Source: Tubulanus polymorphus
Lineage: Eukaryota; Animalia; Nemertea
Reading direction: 5' to 3'
DNA: 64,000 nucleotides
Assembly: GCF_964204645.1 (NCBI RefSeq)
Contig: NC_134030.1
Location: 12,731,947 to 12,795,946 of the forward strand
Shown here one piece after another: positions 20,538-33,818 of this stretch (positions within the stretch are counted from its first letter, which is position 1; the number at the start of each line of letters is the position of its first letter). The position numbers and the translations under genes were made by a program. The notes beneath the pieces were generated by a model. That model was not told the DNA's origin. It ran no database searches and was given only the letters and a program-made list of their open reading frames with translations.

Positions 20538-20722
20538 TCTACTTGAATTAGGAGTGAAACTCATAAAAATGAAAAATAAATTCGAGCGTGTGAGAATTTA
20601 TTTTTCATTTTTATGAGTTTCACTCCTAATTCAAGTAGAAATTGTAATTATTTTTATGTTTTTTCATTTTTACGAGCTCGACCGTTCGACCTTTGGCCTG
20701 AAAGCCCATTATCCCTATTACT
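20284..20722 (-). repeat. Right terminal inverted repeat (439 bp); 20455-20722 is an imperfect palindrome
   Basis: Reverse complement of 1339-1777. Confidence 0.95.
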
Positions 20723-20728
20723 GTGGTG
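20723..20728. repeat. Right target-site duplication GTGGTG
   Basis: Matches 1333-1338. Confidence 0.95.
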
Positions 20729-23148
20729 ATTTCAATTTACCAGAAGTTAATTGGGAAACAAACCACTGTAGACAAGCAGACACTCATGTCTCCACAAAGC
20801 TATGGGAAGCAAGTAATGATGCATTTCTCGAACAACACGTCAAACACCCAACCAGATTTAGAGAAAACCAGGAACCCAGTTTGCTAGATCTACTATTCAC
20901 TAATGACCAGGAAATAGTTCAGAAGGTTGATTACATGGCTGCACTAGGAAAAAGTGACCACATCTGTCTAATGTTTAACCTGAATATACTACTCGAAAGA
21001 GATACAGCAATTAAGACCGAAAGGCGGAACTACTATCGTGGTAACTACGACAATTTACGAAAAGAATTGAATAACAATCTCAAAAAAGAATCCCTCCTTC
21101 AACTGGATATGGAGTCATGTTGGCAAAGTATTAAAGAAAATATCCTTAAAGCAGAAAGAACACATGTTCCTCTTTATCAAGCACCACGATGGAAAAGGCA
21201 CTCCCCACTATGGATGAATAGAAAAGCAATGTCAAAAGTTAGAAAGAAACACGAAGCCTGGAAGCGGTATCTCAGGACAAAAGATGGAGAAGATTACAGG
21301 AAATTTCAAGTAGCTAGGAATCTAGCAAAAAAGGAAACAAGAAATGCAATCAAGAACTATGAAAAGAAACTATCCCAAGAGGTAAAAACAAATCCGAAAG
21401 CGTTTTGGAGATATTGCCGCAGTAAGACATCACCAAAAGGAAGTATACCAGACTTACAAAAGAATGGCACATCCATTTCTGAGGACATTACCAAGGCCAA
21501 CACCTTCAATGAATACTTTGCAAGTGTATTTACAGAAGAGGATACCTCACACATACCAGAACCCAATGCACAAATAAATGAAATTCCTGAAATACATGAC
21601 ATTGAGATCACTCCCGTACTGATTGCAAACAAGCTGAAAGGTCTGAATGAAAATAAAAGCATGGGACCTGACTTAATGCATCCGAAAATTTTGAAGGAAG
21701 CAGCAGACGAGCTCGCAGAACCACTGAGCAATCTCTTCAGGAAAACCTTAGAAGAAGAAAAATTACCTACATCATGGAAGAAAGAAGCTAATGTAACGCC
21801 TATCCACAAGAAGGGCCCAAAAAATATTGTGGAGAATTATAGACCAATTAGCCTGACTAGTATTGTATGTAAAGTCCTGGAATCCATTGTAAGAGATAAC
21901 ATCATGAGTCACCTAATTACTAATGGAGTTTTAACAGATGCCCAACATGGATTCGTACAGGGTAGATCTACGCTCACACAATTACTGAAATCAATGGATG
22001 ATTGGACACAAGCCCTAGAAATAAAAAAATCCATTGACGTAATTTTTTTGGACTTTCAAAAAGCGTTTGACACAGTGCCCCACAAACGACTTCTAAAGAA
22101 AATTGAAAATTGTGGTATCACAGGTAAAGCCTTGAAATGGATTGAAGACTTCCTAAGTGAAAGGAACCAAGTGGTTAATATAAATGGTGCGACATCCACA
22201 TCTAAACCAGTGATAAGTGGTGTACCGCAGGGCAGCGTGCTGGGTCCTTTATTGTTTGCCATTTACATCAACGACCTCCCTGATGAAATTCAAAGTTATA
22301 TTCTCATGTATGCTGACGATACAAAAATTTATAGAATCGTACACAGCATCCAAGATCAACACAGACTTCAGGAGGATCTGGACAAACTATCAGACTGGGC
22401 AAAGAAGTGGCAAATGACTTTTCACCCAGACAAATGCGTGGTGATGCACATAGGAAAAAATAGACAACATTTTCAGTATACTATGGATGCAGGAAACAGA
22501 AGACACGAATTGAAGGCGGTCCCAGAGGAGAAAGATTTGGGAATAATTGTTGATGATAATCTCACCTTTCAGGCACAGTACTCCACGACAATGAATAAAT
22601 GTAACAAGATCCTAGGAATGATCAAAAGATCATTTGAACGTTTAGATGAAAGAACATTCAGTCTTGTCTACAAAGCATTAGTAAGACCAATTGTGGAGTA
22701 TGCTATCCCCGCATACAACCCACACCTACTAAAAGATGTAGACAATTACGAAAAAATTCAGCGACGAGCAACCAAATTAGTACCACATCTGTACGATTTA
22801 CCATACCACGAAAGACTAAAACAACTAAAGCTTCCATCGTTGAGCTATCGAAGAGCAAGAGGAGATATGATAACTGTCTACAATCTGGTTCATAACAACT
22901 ACCGCGCTGGAGACTCCTTAGTGCCACGAGATCAACGAAGAGTGAATCTAAGAGGACACTCTCTGAAGATCCAAAAACAGAGAGCTAAGAAGGATATCAG
23001 GAAATACTCCTTCCGTCACAGAGTGGTGAACAACTGGAACTCGCTCACGGAAGATATAGTGAATGCTCCATCTACAAATGCTTTCAAATTACGTCTCGAT
23101 AAACACTGGCAAGAAAAGCATTTCCTACTACGGGTCGAGCACTACTAA
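20729..23148 (+). CDS. LINE ORF2 remainder: endonuclease C-terminus and reverse transcriptase
   Basis: GDFN, LDL, SDH; YRPISLTS, QHGF, LDFQKAFD, GVPQGSVLGP, YADD; CR1-type RGHSLK...WNSL...FK.RLD tail. Confidence 0.95.
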
Positions 23149-23291
23149 CTTGGACCTGAATGTTATCGGAATTCACGGATGTTGTTATGTTTTCCGCTAT
23201 TACCAAAGTGCTGGCAATACCTGGCAACTTAAGCGAAACACCGAGGCAGTCAAATTTATAGGCCAATAGGCCTTCTTCAATGACTGCGAAA

Positions 23292-23321
23292 ACGATACGA
23301 TACGATACGATACGATACGAT
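23292..23321 (+). repeat. (ACGAT)6 LINE 3' tail
   Basis: Pentanucleotide repeat about 145 bp after the ORF2 stop. Confidence 0.8.
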
Positions 23322-23651
23322 AAAATATAATTCTAGAATATACATGTAAATGTCAATGGCAAAATAGATAAAAAGCATCCATCTGAAAGCCCAATTATCT
23401 ATCTTAAACATATAATGCGGAACAGATCGGGTATTGCCTAGGGTTGCCTAGTGACCATGGGGATGGAAGGAAGAATGAACATCTTAGCACCATTTAACTT
23501 CTACATATTTAACAGAAACAACATCTTCCTGCCATCTAACTCGGCAGGACAATGTAAAATAATACACAGGGATTCTTCTGAATATTGCTTCAACAACTAC
23601 AATCTTCCCTAAGAAAATCTGTGAGTGTTTAAAAAGTGAAATCTTTCATCT

Positions 23652-24776
23652 GTGGGAAATCATCCAAGCAACTTAGCAACGACCAGTCAGCAACCATTTC
23701 CGACAAGGGAAACCATGGCAACTAAGGTAAAGGGCTGTGGCAAAAAAGGGCAAATTCATGAAGAAGCTCTGAAGTTTGCTCAGAGTCTAGCAGAACTGGA
23801 CAGTGATTGTGATTCAACACCAGAAGAAGATGATGAATGGGGAAACTATGTACCATGTTCTGAATGTAACCGTCTGTTTAATTTTGAAAACGAAATCGTC
23901 CAGTGTTCCAAGTGCAGTCAGTCAATTTGTAATAACTGCTCCAACTCAGCTGAAAATGCAGAGAATCTGCCGGTAAAATATCTGTGTAGTCGATGTTTGA
24001 CTGATTTTCAAACTGAGCAGAAATTTCAAGAGATGGAGACCATTAAGTTGGAGATAAAGAACATGAGAGAAATATTCTTTAACGCTATAGAAATTTTAGA
24101 ATCCCGGATTACCAAAATACATCAAGAAGTTTCTGCAAAAGAAAGCTATAAAACAAATAAATGCATAGCTGACATCAGAGAAAAAATCGAGACCCATAGT
24201 AGACTATTGGATACGAACTCAAAAAATCTTGATAGTCTTTCAAATCAAATTAAGCAGATAGAGAGTGAAAATATGGTCTTCAAGAAATCTACCCATAATA
24301 TGGAAGCTGGATTTAACACTTCAACAAAAACATCGACTGAGGAAATCAGTGTTTCAAATAGCTCTTCCAATGATGAGAGACGGTCACACATTATCATATA
24401 TAACATACCTGAATCAGATAATAAGATTATTTGTGACGACACTTCTCGGGTGGAAAGATTTCTAAATGATATCATTAAACTTGGTGCAGTCAACTTAAGA
24501 GACATCAGAAGAATTGGCAATGAAAATGAAACGAGACCACGTCCCATAAGAGTGATATTTACCAATGTAAATGATCGGGTTCAATGCGTAGAGAATTATA
24601 TAAAATTGAAAAGGACCGAACCTGCAACACTCAACGGGATCCAGTTAGCTAAGAACAGAACAAAAAAGGAGCAACAACAGCATGTCAAAAAGAAGAGTGG
24701 AACCCAACTACAGCATGGATGTGTACCGGAACAGAACAATATATCAAAAATGACACTTTATATAATAATATTATAA
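23652..24776 (+). CDS. LINE ORF1-like protein (PHD-like zinc finger, coiled coil, RRM-like domain), 3' end replaced by a palindrome
   Basis: CSEC..CSKC..C..C..YLCSRC; RRSHIIIYNIPES; RRIG....RPRPIRVIF. Confidence 0.7.
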   Translation: MGNHPSNLATTSQQPFPTRETMATKVKGCGKKGQIHEEALKFAQSLAELDSDCDSTPEEDDEWGNYVPCSECNRLFNFENEIVQCSKCSQSICNNCSNSAENAENLPVKYLCSRCLTDFQTEQKFQEMETIKLEIKNMREIFFNAIEILESRITKIHQEVSAKESYKTNKCIADIREKIETHSRLLDTNSKNLDSLSNQIKQIESENMVFKKSTHNMEAGFNTSTKTSTEEISVSNSSSNDERRSHIIIYNIPESDNKIICDDTSRVERFLNDIIKLGAVNLRDIRRIGNENETRPRPIRVIFTNVNDRVQCVENYIKLKRTEPATLNGIQLAKNRTKKEQQQHVKKKSGTQLQHGCVPEQNNISKMTLYIIIL

Positions 24777-24814
24777 ATTAAGTGTCGTTTTTTATATATT
24801 GTTCTGTTCCGGTA
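24724..24814. mobile_element. About 90-bp fold-back/MITE flanked by TA
   Basis: TA-CCGGAACAGAACAATATA...GACACTT / AAGTGTC...TATATTGTTCTGTTCCGG-TA. Confidence 0.6.
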
Positions 24815-25306
24815 TTGATATCACATTTTTCTATCAATGTGGAAATAACTGAGAAAAACTTATTTAGATAACTTGAGTATGGATAACTAATCTCAAAAGT
24901 CTTTCTCCAAAAAACTATTAGAACTTATTAACTATATATAGATAACTTTATTATTCTTTAAAATCTAAACTCGAAATGATAGATTATTGATATCAATATT
25001 TTTAACTAGTCATGTAATGTTACAATACTTGGCAACCATTCTAACTGATCTAAAGAACATTTAACACACATCTTTAAGATGGGCTAGGTGCAGATCAAAC
25101 TATGAGCATTGAGAAATATTTTAAATATCGCCTTAATTTATGTAAATTACCAAACGAGCCGGACACTAATAGGCCTCAACAGGCCTCCATAAGTCCGTGA
25201 TATTCTTCTTTTTCCGATATCTGTCAACATCAACTGGTTGATGAAACACAGTGTATAGGTGTGCGCAAATAAATATATACAGACATTACTAATAAATTTA
25301 GTATTA

Positions 25307-25307
<1 letters not shown>

Positions 25308-25376
<69 letters not shown>

Positions 25377-25404
25377 GATAATGATAATGATAATGATAAT
25401 GATG

Positions 25405-25475
<71 letters not shown>

Positions 25476-25518
25476 CATAATCATAATCATAATCATAATC
25501 ATAATCATAATCATAATC

Positions 25519-25563
<45 letters not shown>

Positions 25564-25576
25564 GTAATAATAATAA
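25308..25576. repeat. Compound microsatellite (AAT)n/(AATGAT)n/(AATCAT)n, probably the expanded tail of the adjacent LINE fragment
   Basis: Direct reading. Confidence 0.95.
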
Positions 25577-26053
25577 GAGTTTTTAAGCTGAGCGGTGTGG
25601 GAGAGAAGAGTCTTAAAGGCTTCGATACTCTCCGCTGACACAGTATCTGCAGGTAGAGCGTTCCAATCCCTGACTGTTCTGGTATAGAAGGATTGTCGTT
25701 TGATTTCAGTACGGAAGAACTTGACTTGGAAAGCTTTCTAGTGCGATTCGCTAGTTTTACGGACAGGTGGAACCAGGCGTGTGCTCGTATCAACCAAAGT
25801 TTGTTCGTTGGCGAGTTTATACAATAGTGTGAGTCTGGCCTGTCTTCTTCTTTCCTGTAGTGACTGCCATTGTAGGTGGGACAACATATCTGTTACACTG
25901 GATCTATTGTGGTGACGATTTGTGACATATCTTGCAGCTCGATGTTGGATCATCTCCAATCGGTGTATGTCAGTCTGGAGATATGGGTCCCAGACACTAT
26001 TCGCATATTCTACTATGGGTCTGACCAGTGATCTGTAAGCTGTGTCCTTCACA

Positions 26054-26054
<1 letters not shown>
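25577..26054 (-). mobile_element. 5'-truncated LINE 3' fragment (RT C-terminus)
   Basis: AYRSLVRPIVEYANSVWDPY...LEMIQHRAARYV...L.W.SLQERR. Confidence 0.85.
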
Positions 26055-26664
<610 letters not shown>

Positions 26665-27145
26665 GTTCCGCATAGACCGAATTTTGCCGGGTAGCTTCAT
26701 TAATTCCAATGCGGCATGCGTGGCTCTTAAATGTTAGAGGCAAAAATGAAAAACTTATATCTGGTAATTTATAACTGGTAAGCTTACCTTGAATCGGTTC
26801 CCCAAAAGTCATTTTGAATCGGAGCTAGATAAAAAGAACGCCTCCGGTTTTTGGTTTCGGATAAACTTGGAATGCTTTCCATGATATAATTTCCCCGATT
26901 CGGATTTATCGGAGCTACCCTTTTTTTGCTGATATGGATTTGCTCATTTGCATTTAACGCTTCGCCATTTACCCGACAGTTCGTCTAGCTTGCTGATAAT
27001 TAGCAATTTCAACAATGTCATGTCACGATGAAGAACCTACCGCGTTAGATTACGGGAATCTGTAGAAGTCGTTCCATCCTGAAATTTATTCTGGACTGGC
27101 CATCTGGAAAAAGTCCGACTACCAAGACCATATAACTGTTCAATT

Positions 27146-27562
27146 ATGACTGATACGGCGTTGTTAGACGACTTCTTTGCTAAGAAAGACAAAACAAAAA
27201 AGAAAAGCAAATTCAACAGCAAGAAAGTGATGGGTACTTCAAAAAAACAACAACCTGCTGCTTCTTCGATTTCTGATGACCTGATACCGATAGGAACTGA
27301 TGATGGCAGTAGGCCCACGACCGGGAACATGCCGACTAGTCATCGCGCAAACCCCGAATCTACACATCTCACTTCGCCTGAAGGGGAAACTCGATTAGGC
27401 CTGAGTAGTGAATTAGGCGATAACTTTACTACTCCAGATGTTAAACATAAAACTACGGGTGGGAGTTCTACCACTACTGGCACTACTGATAATGGATGGA
27501 AAGAAAAGAAAAAGAAGAAGAAAGACAATGATGATGAAAGTTCAGCTAGATATAGTAGAAAG
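27146..27562 (+). CDS. CDV3: CDV3 homolog, coding exon 1 (5 exons, 323 aa in total)
   Basis: LDDFFAKKDKTKKK N-terminus; donor AAG|GTAATA, phase 0. Confidence 0.85.
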
Positions 27563-29495
27563 GTAATAAGGCGCGAACCATACCTGCCCGAAAGACAGGT
27601 AGTCGGTCCTCCTTATTACCGAGATGACGTAATTACCGAGATCAACCGAGACGACAATGTCGTCAACATGAAATATAACATATTTATTTATTCCTTATCG
27701 ATTTTAACACTTGAAATCTTATTATATAAGTAGCAAATGCCTGCTGGAGTCATATTTTACATATTTTGTCGGGTTATTTTTGTAGAAAAATAACTTTCAA
27801 TTTTACCGAGATAAGATCATCGATCAATCAAATTCAATGAAATTTTATTGCTAACCGAGATGACTTATTTGAATTCAACATTTTTTTTTACAAAATATCC
27901 GGAAAAATATGTAAATATGACTCTAGAAGGTATTTATTACTGACAAATTTCCCTCAAAAAGTTCAAAAACGTGTAAAAAGTGCTGATTTTGACAAACAAC
28001 AATGGCTGCCAGTCAGCCATCTTGATTCTTACTTTTTAAAAATTCTTACTTTTCTAGCCCAATTTTCTGTTAAAAAGCACAACTTAGGGTTGTCAAAAGT
28101 GCGTTTAAGTGCTCATAATTTTCCTAGGGCCTAGGCTATAGCCTAACAACTATCATCGGTCGTCAAGGGATTCGAACCCACTACGCTAAAGCTGTTCCCC
28201 GAAACCCGTTGACCTCATGAGTCGTTGGAGTCGTTACTAGCCGACCAGAATCCGGTCGTACCAATCGCAACGCTTGTAACAAATGACATTAGGTCCTGTT
28301 GGTTTTCCCGTTAAATGGACCAATCAGCGAATGTTTTACCGGACAAGGAAGTATTTCGCAAATCGATATATGACGTCATGCCCAACAGCGCCGGTAATGA
28401 AATCACTCTTCGTGAGGCCAGGGGGGCTGGTGAAAGCGAGTTCGGGAGTGATACAAGACCCATAGCAAACGAGGATGTACAACTATGAACCCTGTTTTGA
28501 CCTTCAGTCAGTCTTAAGTTGGTCAATACAAGACCCTGCTGTTTTACTAAAGTCTATCCCAGTGGTTATGACCGCCCGGCATTTCACTCTCAAAGAGCCA
28601 GTATCAACAACAATTTAATTGATACTGACAGCTTTAAGTGGTCAAACTCACCATGAGCATTGCTGACTCGCTGGACCCCAGCTGCTTGTTACTATGGTTA
28701 CAGGCAAGAGTGAATAAAGAGCAAAACTTTTCCACACTTAATCCAAGAAAATGAAGTAATAAGCAATGAAAATTCAGTTTTGAAGTCTTGTTGCATTCAA
28801 GAGTGAATATTTTCGCTGGATGCTGAAGTCAGTGTTTACATTATGAAGTGTCAAAACCAATTTCCAAGTTGAAAGATTATATTTAGATGGTTTTTCAAGC
28901 AAAACAACAGCACTCGACTCATGAGATGATTCCAGATTATATATGCTCACACTCTGAGGAGTTAATAGATGTACAAAATCAATCAGATTGAATTTGCCAC
29001 ATGACATGATTATTCCAAAAATGAAACTAAAAATTCAAGAAAGGATTTTGTAAAAATATAAAAATTGGAATTTTATGTCCTTTAATGAATGGCCAGTTGA
29101 TGGTATATTATTCACTCTTGAATGCAGTAGTCGCTTGACCTCAATTACTCGTATGGCTGAGTGATAGAAACCACAGGGATCCCGATATGTTAGTGTAACA
29201 ACTCCTTGATGCACCGCGGTCATAACTTCTGGGATAGACTTTAAATGACCTGATGGCTAAAATGATTAATGAAAACACTGGTTAAGTGTGATAGCTTGTA
29301 AGACTATTGGAAGATGGTGCCAGCTGACAGAGCGCTTACAGAAAATTATTTTCAATGAAAATGCTATGACCTGAGGTGACTGTGGGTCACGTGAAAAAAG
29401 GTTAACAGGGTTATATTCTGCCAATGAAGAAGATCAAATGGAATAGGCCTAATGGACGTTGAGATAAAACCTATTTACTTACTTGTTCATTCTAG

Positions 29496-29575
29496 GATGA
29501 TGCTGAATGGAATGATTTTGAGGAGGAAGATACCAAAGACTATTCCGGTTTGAGGATACAGAATTTACAATTCAG
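29496..29575 (+). CDS. CDV3: CDV3 homolog, exon 2
   Basis: DDAEWNDFEEEDTKDYSGLRIQNL; AG/GT sites, phase 0 to 2. Confidence 0.9.
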
Positions 29576-29690
29576 GTAGGCGATGATCTGATTTTGGACA
29601 CTTAATTCAATTTGAGAATAGACTTTCTGCCTTGCTGGTTTCGATGTCCTAGAAGCCTTTGAAGACTCTTCATAATAGTCTTACATCGGT

Positions 29691-30936
29691 TTTTAGCCCA
29701 CTTGGGACGCAAGCTATGTCGTTCTTTGTCAGTTGTCCGTCCGTTCTTCCGTATACAGGATCCATTTATCTTGTGAAGTATTGAAGATGCTTCAATATAG
29801 GCCTAATGTCTTGTTATTTGGTTTATACATGTATCTACCCTAGACACGTCTTCAGCCCAAAAACTGGCCAGGTCAGAATGAAGATAGCCACCAGGCAGCC
29901 ATTGTTGTTCCCTGAAATTAGCACTCATTTTTAAAGTTCTAGAGGGAGATTTTGAAAGCCCTTTCCATATTCACATTTGGAAAATGGTGTTAATTTGAAT
30001 AACGGTTTTTCTCCCCATAACGTTTTGATCTCTAAATTTCTCGCTTGTTCTCTTGTACCCCGTTATGTTAAAACGCTACATTATTCGAAGTTTCTTTGTT
30101 ATTATCTGATTATCCCCTAATTTGTCCTCCTTTTTAATCACTTTAGTTTGTGACTTTGTTTTTAAAATACTTCAAATTAGCCTACCCTTAATTTGCTATT
30201 GCTTACTTAGCTAATCTTTTCCAGTCTTATTTTTACATTATTTGAATCTATATTTTACTTTCAACTTTTTAATCCTTTACTCAGTTCCTTTGTTTTCTTA
30301 ATGTATAAATAGCCTGTAAAATTATCCTGTTCCCAGTAGGCCTAAGCCTGAGGATGGCTTATAGTCTTTAGCCGAAACGTTGCACAACAGGGGGGATCTA
30401 GCGAGTCAATTTGACTATATTCCTAGAAATTACTGCTCAATGATATGCCAACGAAGTAGCAAGAATTGCTCATGTAAAGCTCATTAAAAGGGGGTGTGGG
30501 GTCTTCCCCAAGAAAATTTTGGAAAATAACTTCCTTTGGAAAATAACAAGTTTTCCTTGTATCTGGGGCATTCAGATTATGTATTTCTAATAAATGTGTT
30601 GGTCAAATATTTTTCTGACTATATTCCGTAATACAGTGGAATATAGCCTTGATCCGCCCCTGCTCAAATATATAGGCCTATACTCTTCTATTCAAGAATT
30701 CTCTTTTTGGCTGAATTAGGGTGGAATCTTTCATGTTTACCTCCAGGCATATTTTGTGGTCGCAATCCATTGGCATTGCAAAATTGTAGCTCGTGACCTG
30801 TTCTATGATTGTGGTGAGTATCAAGGTCATTGGTTTCAGTAATTTATCACCAGGTGTGATGAATATTGAAATCTTTAGATTGTTGAGCATTTGGAACCAC
30901 TCCCCAAGTGGGCATGGTTTCTGGCCTGCCCTAGTT
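29691..30936 (+). mobile_element. Helentron-associated non-autonomous element (HINE/DINE-like) in intron 2
   Basis: Subterminal IR CCCACTTGGG/CCCAAGTGGG, GTCC microsatellite, CTAGT end, T-rich target; same family as 56819-58076. Confidence 0.7.
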
Positions 30937-31565
30937 TGGTAGGAAGCAACCTAGGGGCCAACATATACATGTAGGCGTACTAGGTATGTGGATCAATATA
31001 TGCTACTAAGGCCATTCCAAAATGATTATCTGTTTGCTTTGCCATAACAGGACTGCCCTGGCCCAGTGAGAACGTTTTCTGGGATTCATTGAAATAATAC
31101 TATTTTTGACAATAAACGGCTGACCCATTGCCGATGTATCAGCTATGTATGTTTGTTGGCTAGTCAGTTTGTGGAAAATGTGCCTCGACACAAGGCCTAG
31201 TTTATGTTTTCCAGGAAATTGGCTACGTTCCAACAAGGGCAATCATTCTAGCAACTAGGGTAAAGCTGGTAATTTTATAGAACTAAAATAGAACTGGAGT
31301 TAAAACTGTAAAATTATTCTTGATATCTACTCAAGGCTTATAAATCAAATATACTGTGCACAACACTGGTTTGTGATATTGTGTCTCATGTAAAGAAGAT
31401 GATAAAATTGCTTTTATGTCTTACAATTTTGTGATAGAAAATTATTATCTACCTTACCGGCCCACCCTGAAAACATGTTACGGCGAACAGACAATTAATT
31501 TGGGATGGTCTAAGTACATAATAATGCTGATGTAGGAAACATATATGTAAACATATATTTTATAG

Positions 31566-31702
31566 AGATGAAGATGACTCGGAAGAGAAGGAAATCGCAG
31601 GTCAGAATGAAAACGATTTAGAAAATGGAGGAGACGCAGAAGCAAGAGAAAAGGAAAGTGGTCCTTGGAGGCTAACAGTTGAAACAACTAACCAACCTTT
31701 AG
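31566..31702 (+). CDS. CDV3: CDV3 homolog, exon 3
   Basis: Acidic stretch then SGPW; phase 2 to 1. Confidence 0.85.
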
Positions 31703-33164
31703 GTACAAATTATAGATGAGAAACGGGTGTTTTTGACATGGCCTATCTTTATATCGAAGATGGAATAGCAACTAAATGATTTTGCTTCTTTGCTAAGAAA
31801 AGCTGAGTACTATGTACCACTGTATGCCACCAGTGGCCCTAATATCTCCCTATTTGAGTCAGACGCACAGTGAATTTCATGTTTCACTCAAGACATTACA
31901 CAACATAATGAAATTCATCTATTAGTGAGAATTCGCTCGTTTATATCATATATGATATGAAGTTTATATCATGATGTGAAGCTGTTTTGAATGGCGTAAC
32001 TAGCTGTTTGAGTCACGGATTGACTATCAGAGGTGTATTTACTGTTAACATCAGACTCCGAACCATTGCACCATCACTGAATATCTACTGTGTCAAATCT
32101 TAAATTTTAGCCTACAACTGAGAGTCTTCAATTGAGAGCATTGAAACCTCAGCAAGTAAATGTTAGATGATGTTACATTCACTAATGAAACTAAGTCAAA
32201 ATGCCGTCTAAGATGGCTGTTTCGTGGCCATCTTTGATTCCAGATATGTAAGGCCTACTATCGTAACCTAAATATATTTAATGGAGAGTATCAAAACATC
32301 ACAACCGAAAGTTAGATTACATTATGTATCAGTAAATAAATCCAGGTCATAATGCCATCCAAGATGGTCAAATGGTGGCCATCTTTGACTCTAAAATATA
32401 CATTTTGGCTTTTAACTATCAATATATTTCATATAGATCATTGATTTTATTCAGTTGATGATTTAGTATATAGGCCTATCAGTGGAAATCTAGGTCTTAA
32501 CTTGCTGTAGGCGGCTGCAGTCGATTCACTGGCAAACTGCCGTAGGTGACTGTAGTCGACAGCCCGACCTATCCCACATTAAAAGTATACTTAAGTCTCA
32601 TGCTCCTTGCAGCATGTTGAGACATAGCTCTTAATGCACATCGACTGCTGATACTCGAGAATCCAAACTTGGAAGTAATTTCACATTCTGATATTTTGAA
32701 GAATTTTGACATCAGAAACGTCCGGTAAATTTGATATCTTTTTAGCAGGGCTTTTGATGAAGGTTCAAACATTTGACTTATAAGCATAATTAAGGCTGAA
32801 ACAGTTGATATAGAAATCTAGGGTGTTTTTATTTGTGAGTATCGACAATGTACCATGAAATTGTGAGTATTCTCACTTTCTAGGGAGTTATTTTGCACTG
32901 GACCTCCAAAAATGACCCCACCCAATAGAGTGATCGAAGGTTAAATTTTTCAGGACCATTCCATATCCATGACCACTACCATGGCTATGGAATGGTCCTG
33001 AAAAATGTACAATTTTGCATTGACAATTAACTACTGCTTCGATGCCCTGTATCCAATAGTTTGGAGGATTTAATGCATAAATTTCATTTACGTACAAATC
33101 ACCTGGCACAAACAGGTGTTTTTTTAGGGCCGTGGGCTATGTACATTTTGGCCTATGACACTAT

Positions 33165-33818
33165 GGTCAGCCTCTATTTAATATGGTCTTGAATAAAATT
33201 CTGAGCGGTGATAAGATAATTGAGTCAATAATCGATTATGCAGGGATGAGAATTTCCCGCGGATTTCGGTATTGAAAAATATCAATTTTCCAAATAGTCC
33301 GAAAATGATTTCATTTAATTGGTCTGGTGCGATTGGTAATCAGGTGAACCGTAAAAGCGTTCAGAGCCTGTTTTACTTATCGTCGCGTAAAAGTATCGCA
33401 TTTCAATGCATATTCATTGCAACACTGATTTTGTATCTGAGTGTGTATGTATTTTATCGATCGGTTGCAGACACACGCGCGCACAGAAACAGGTCAGCCT
33501 CTATTTAATATGGTCTTGAATAAAATTCTGAGCGGTGATAAAATTATTGAGTCAATAATCGATTATGCAGGGATGAGAATTTCCCGCGGATTTCGGTATT
33601 GGAAAATATCAATTTTCCAAATAGTCCGAAAATGATTTCATTCAATTGGTCTGGTGCGATTGGTAATCAGGTGAACCGTAAAAGCGTTCAGTGCCTGTTT
33701 TACTTATCGTCGCGTAAAAGTATCGCATTTCAATGCATATTCATTGCAACACTGATTTTGTATCTGAGTGTGTATGTATTTTATCGATCGGTTGCAGACA
33801 CGCGCGCGCACAGAAACA
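33165..33818. repeat. Tandem duplication of about 327 bp in intron 3
   Basis: GGTCAGCCTCTATTTAATATGG at 33165 and 33492; near-identical units. Confidence 0.9.

Larger units (their letters stand above)
1339..20722. mobile_element. Full-length Polinton/Maverick (polintovirus-like endogenous virus), 19,384 bp
   Basis: AG...CT termini, 439-bp TIRs, 6-bp TSD, pPolB, RVE integrase, A32-like ATPase, MCP and mCP; visibly more AT-rich than the flanks. Confidence 0.97.
1..23321 (+). mobile_element. CR1-clade LINE (ORF1 end, ORF2, 3' microsatellite tail), split by the Polinton insertion at 1339-20722
   Basis: ORF1-like C-terminus, APE endonuclease and RT motifs; removing the Polinton and one TSD copy restores a continuous frame; (ACGAT)6 tail at 23292-23321. 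Confidence 0.9.

Noticed and set aside
27563-27733. C-terminal part of the 195-aa ORF 27146-27733
   Set aside because: Read-through into intron 1; splicing at 27562 joins the conserved CDV3 exon 2 in phase
28150-28260. Possible tRNA gene (GGGTTCGAATCCC B-box on the minus strand)
   Set aside because: No complete cloverleaf could be drawn; at most a tRNA-derived SINE remnant
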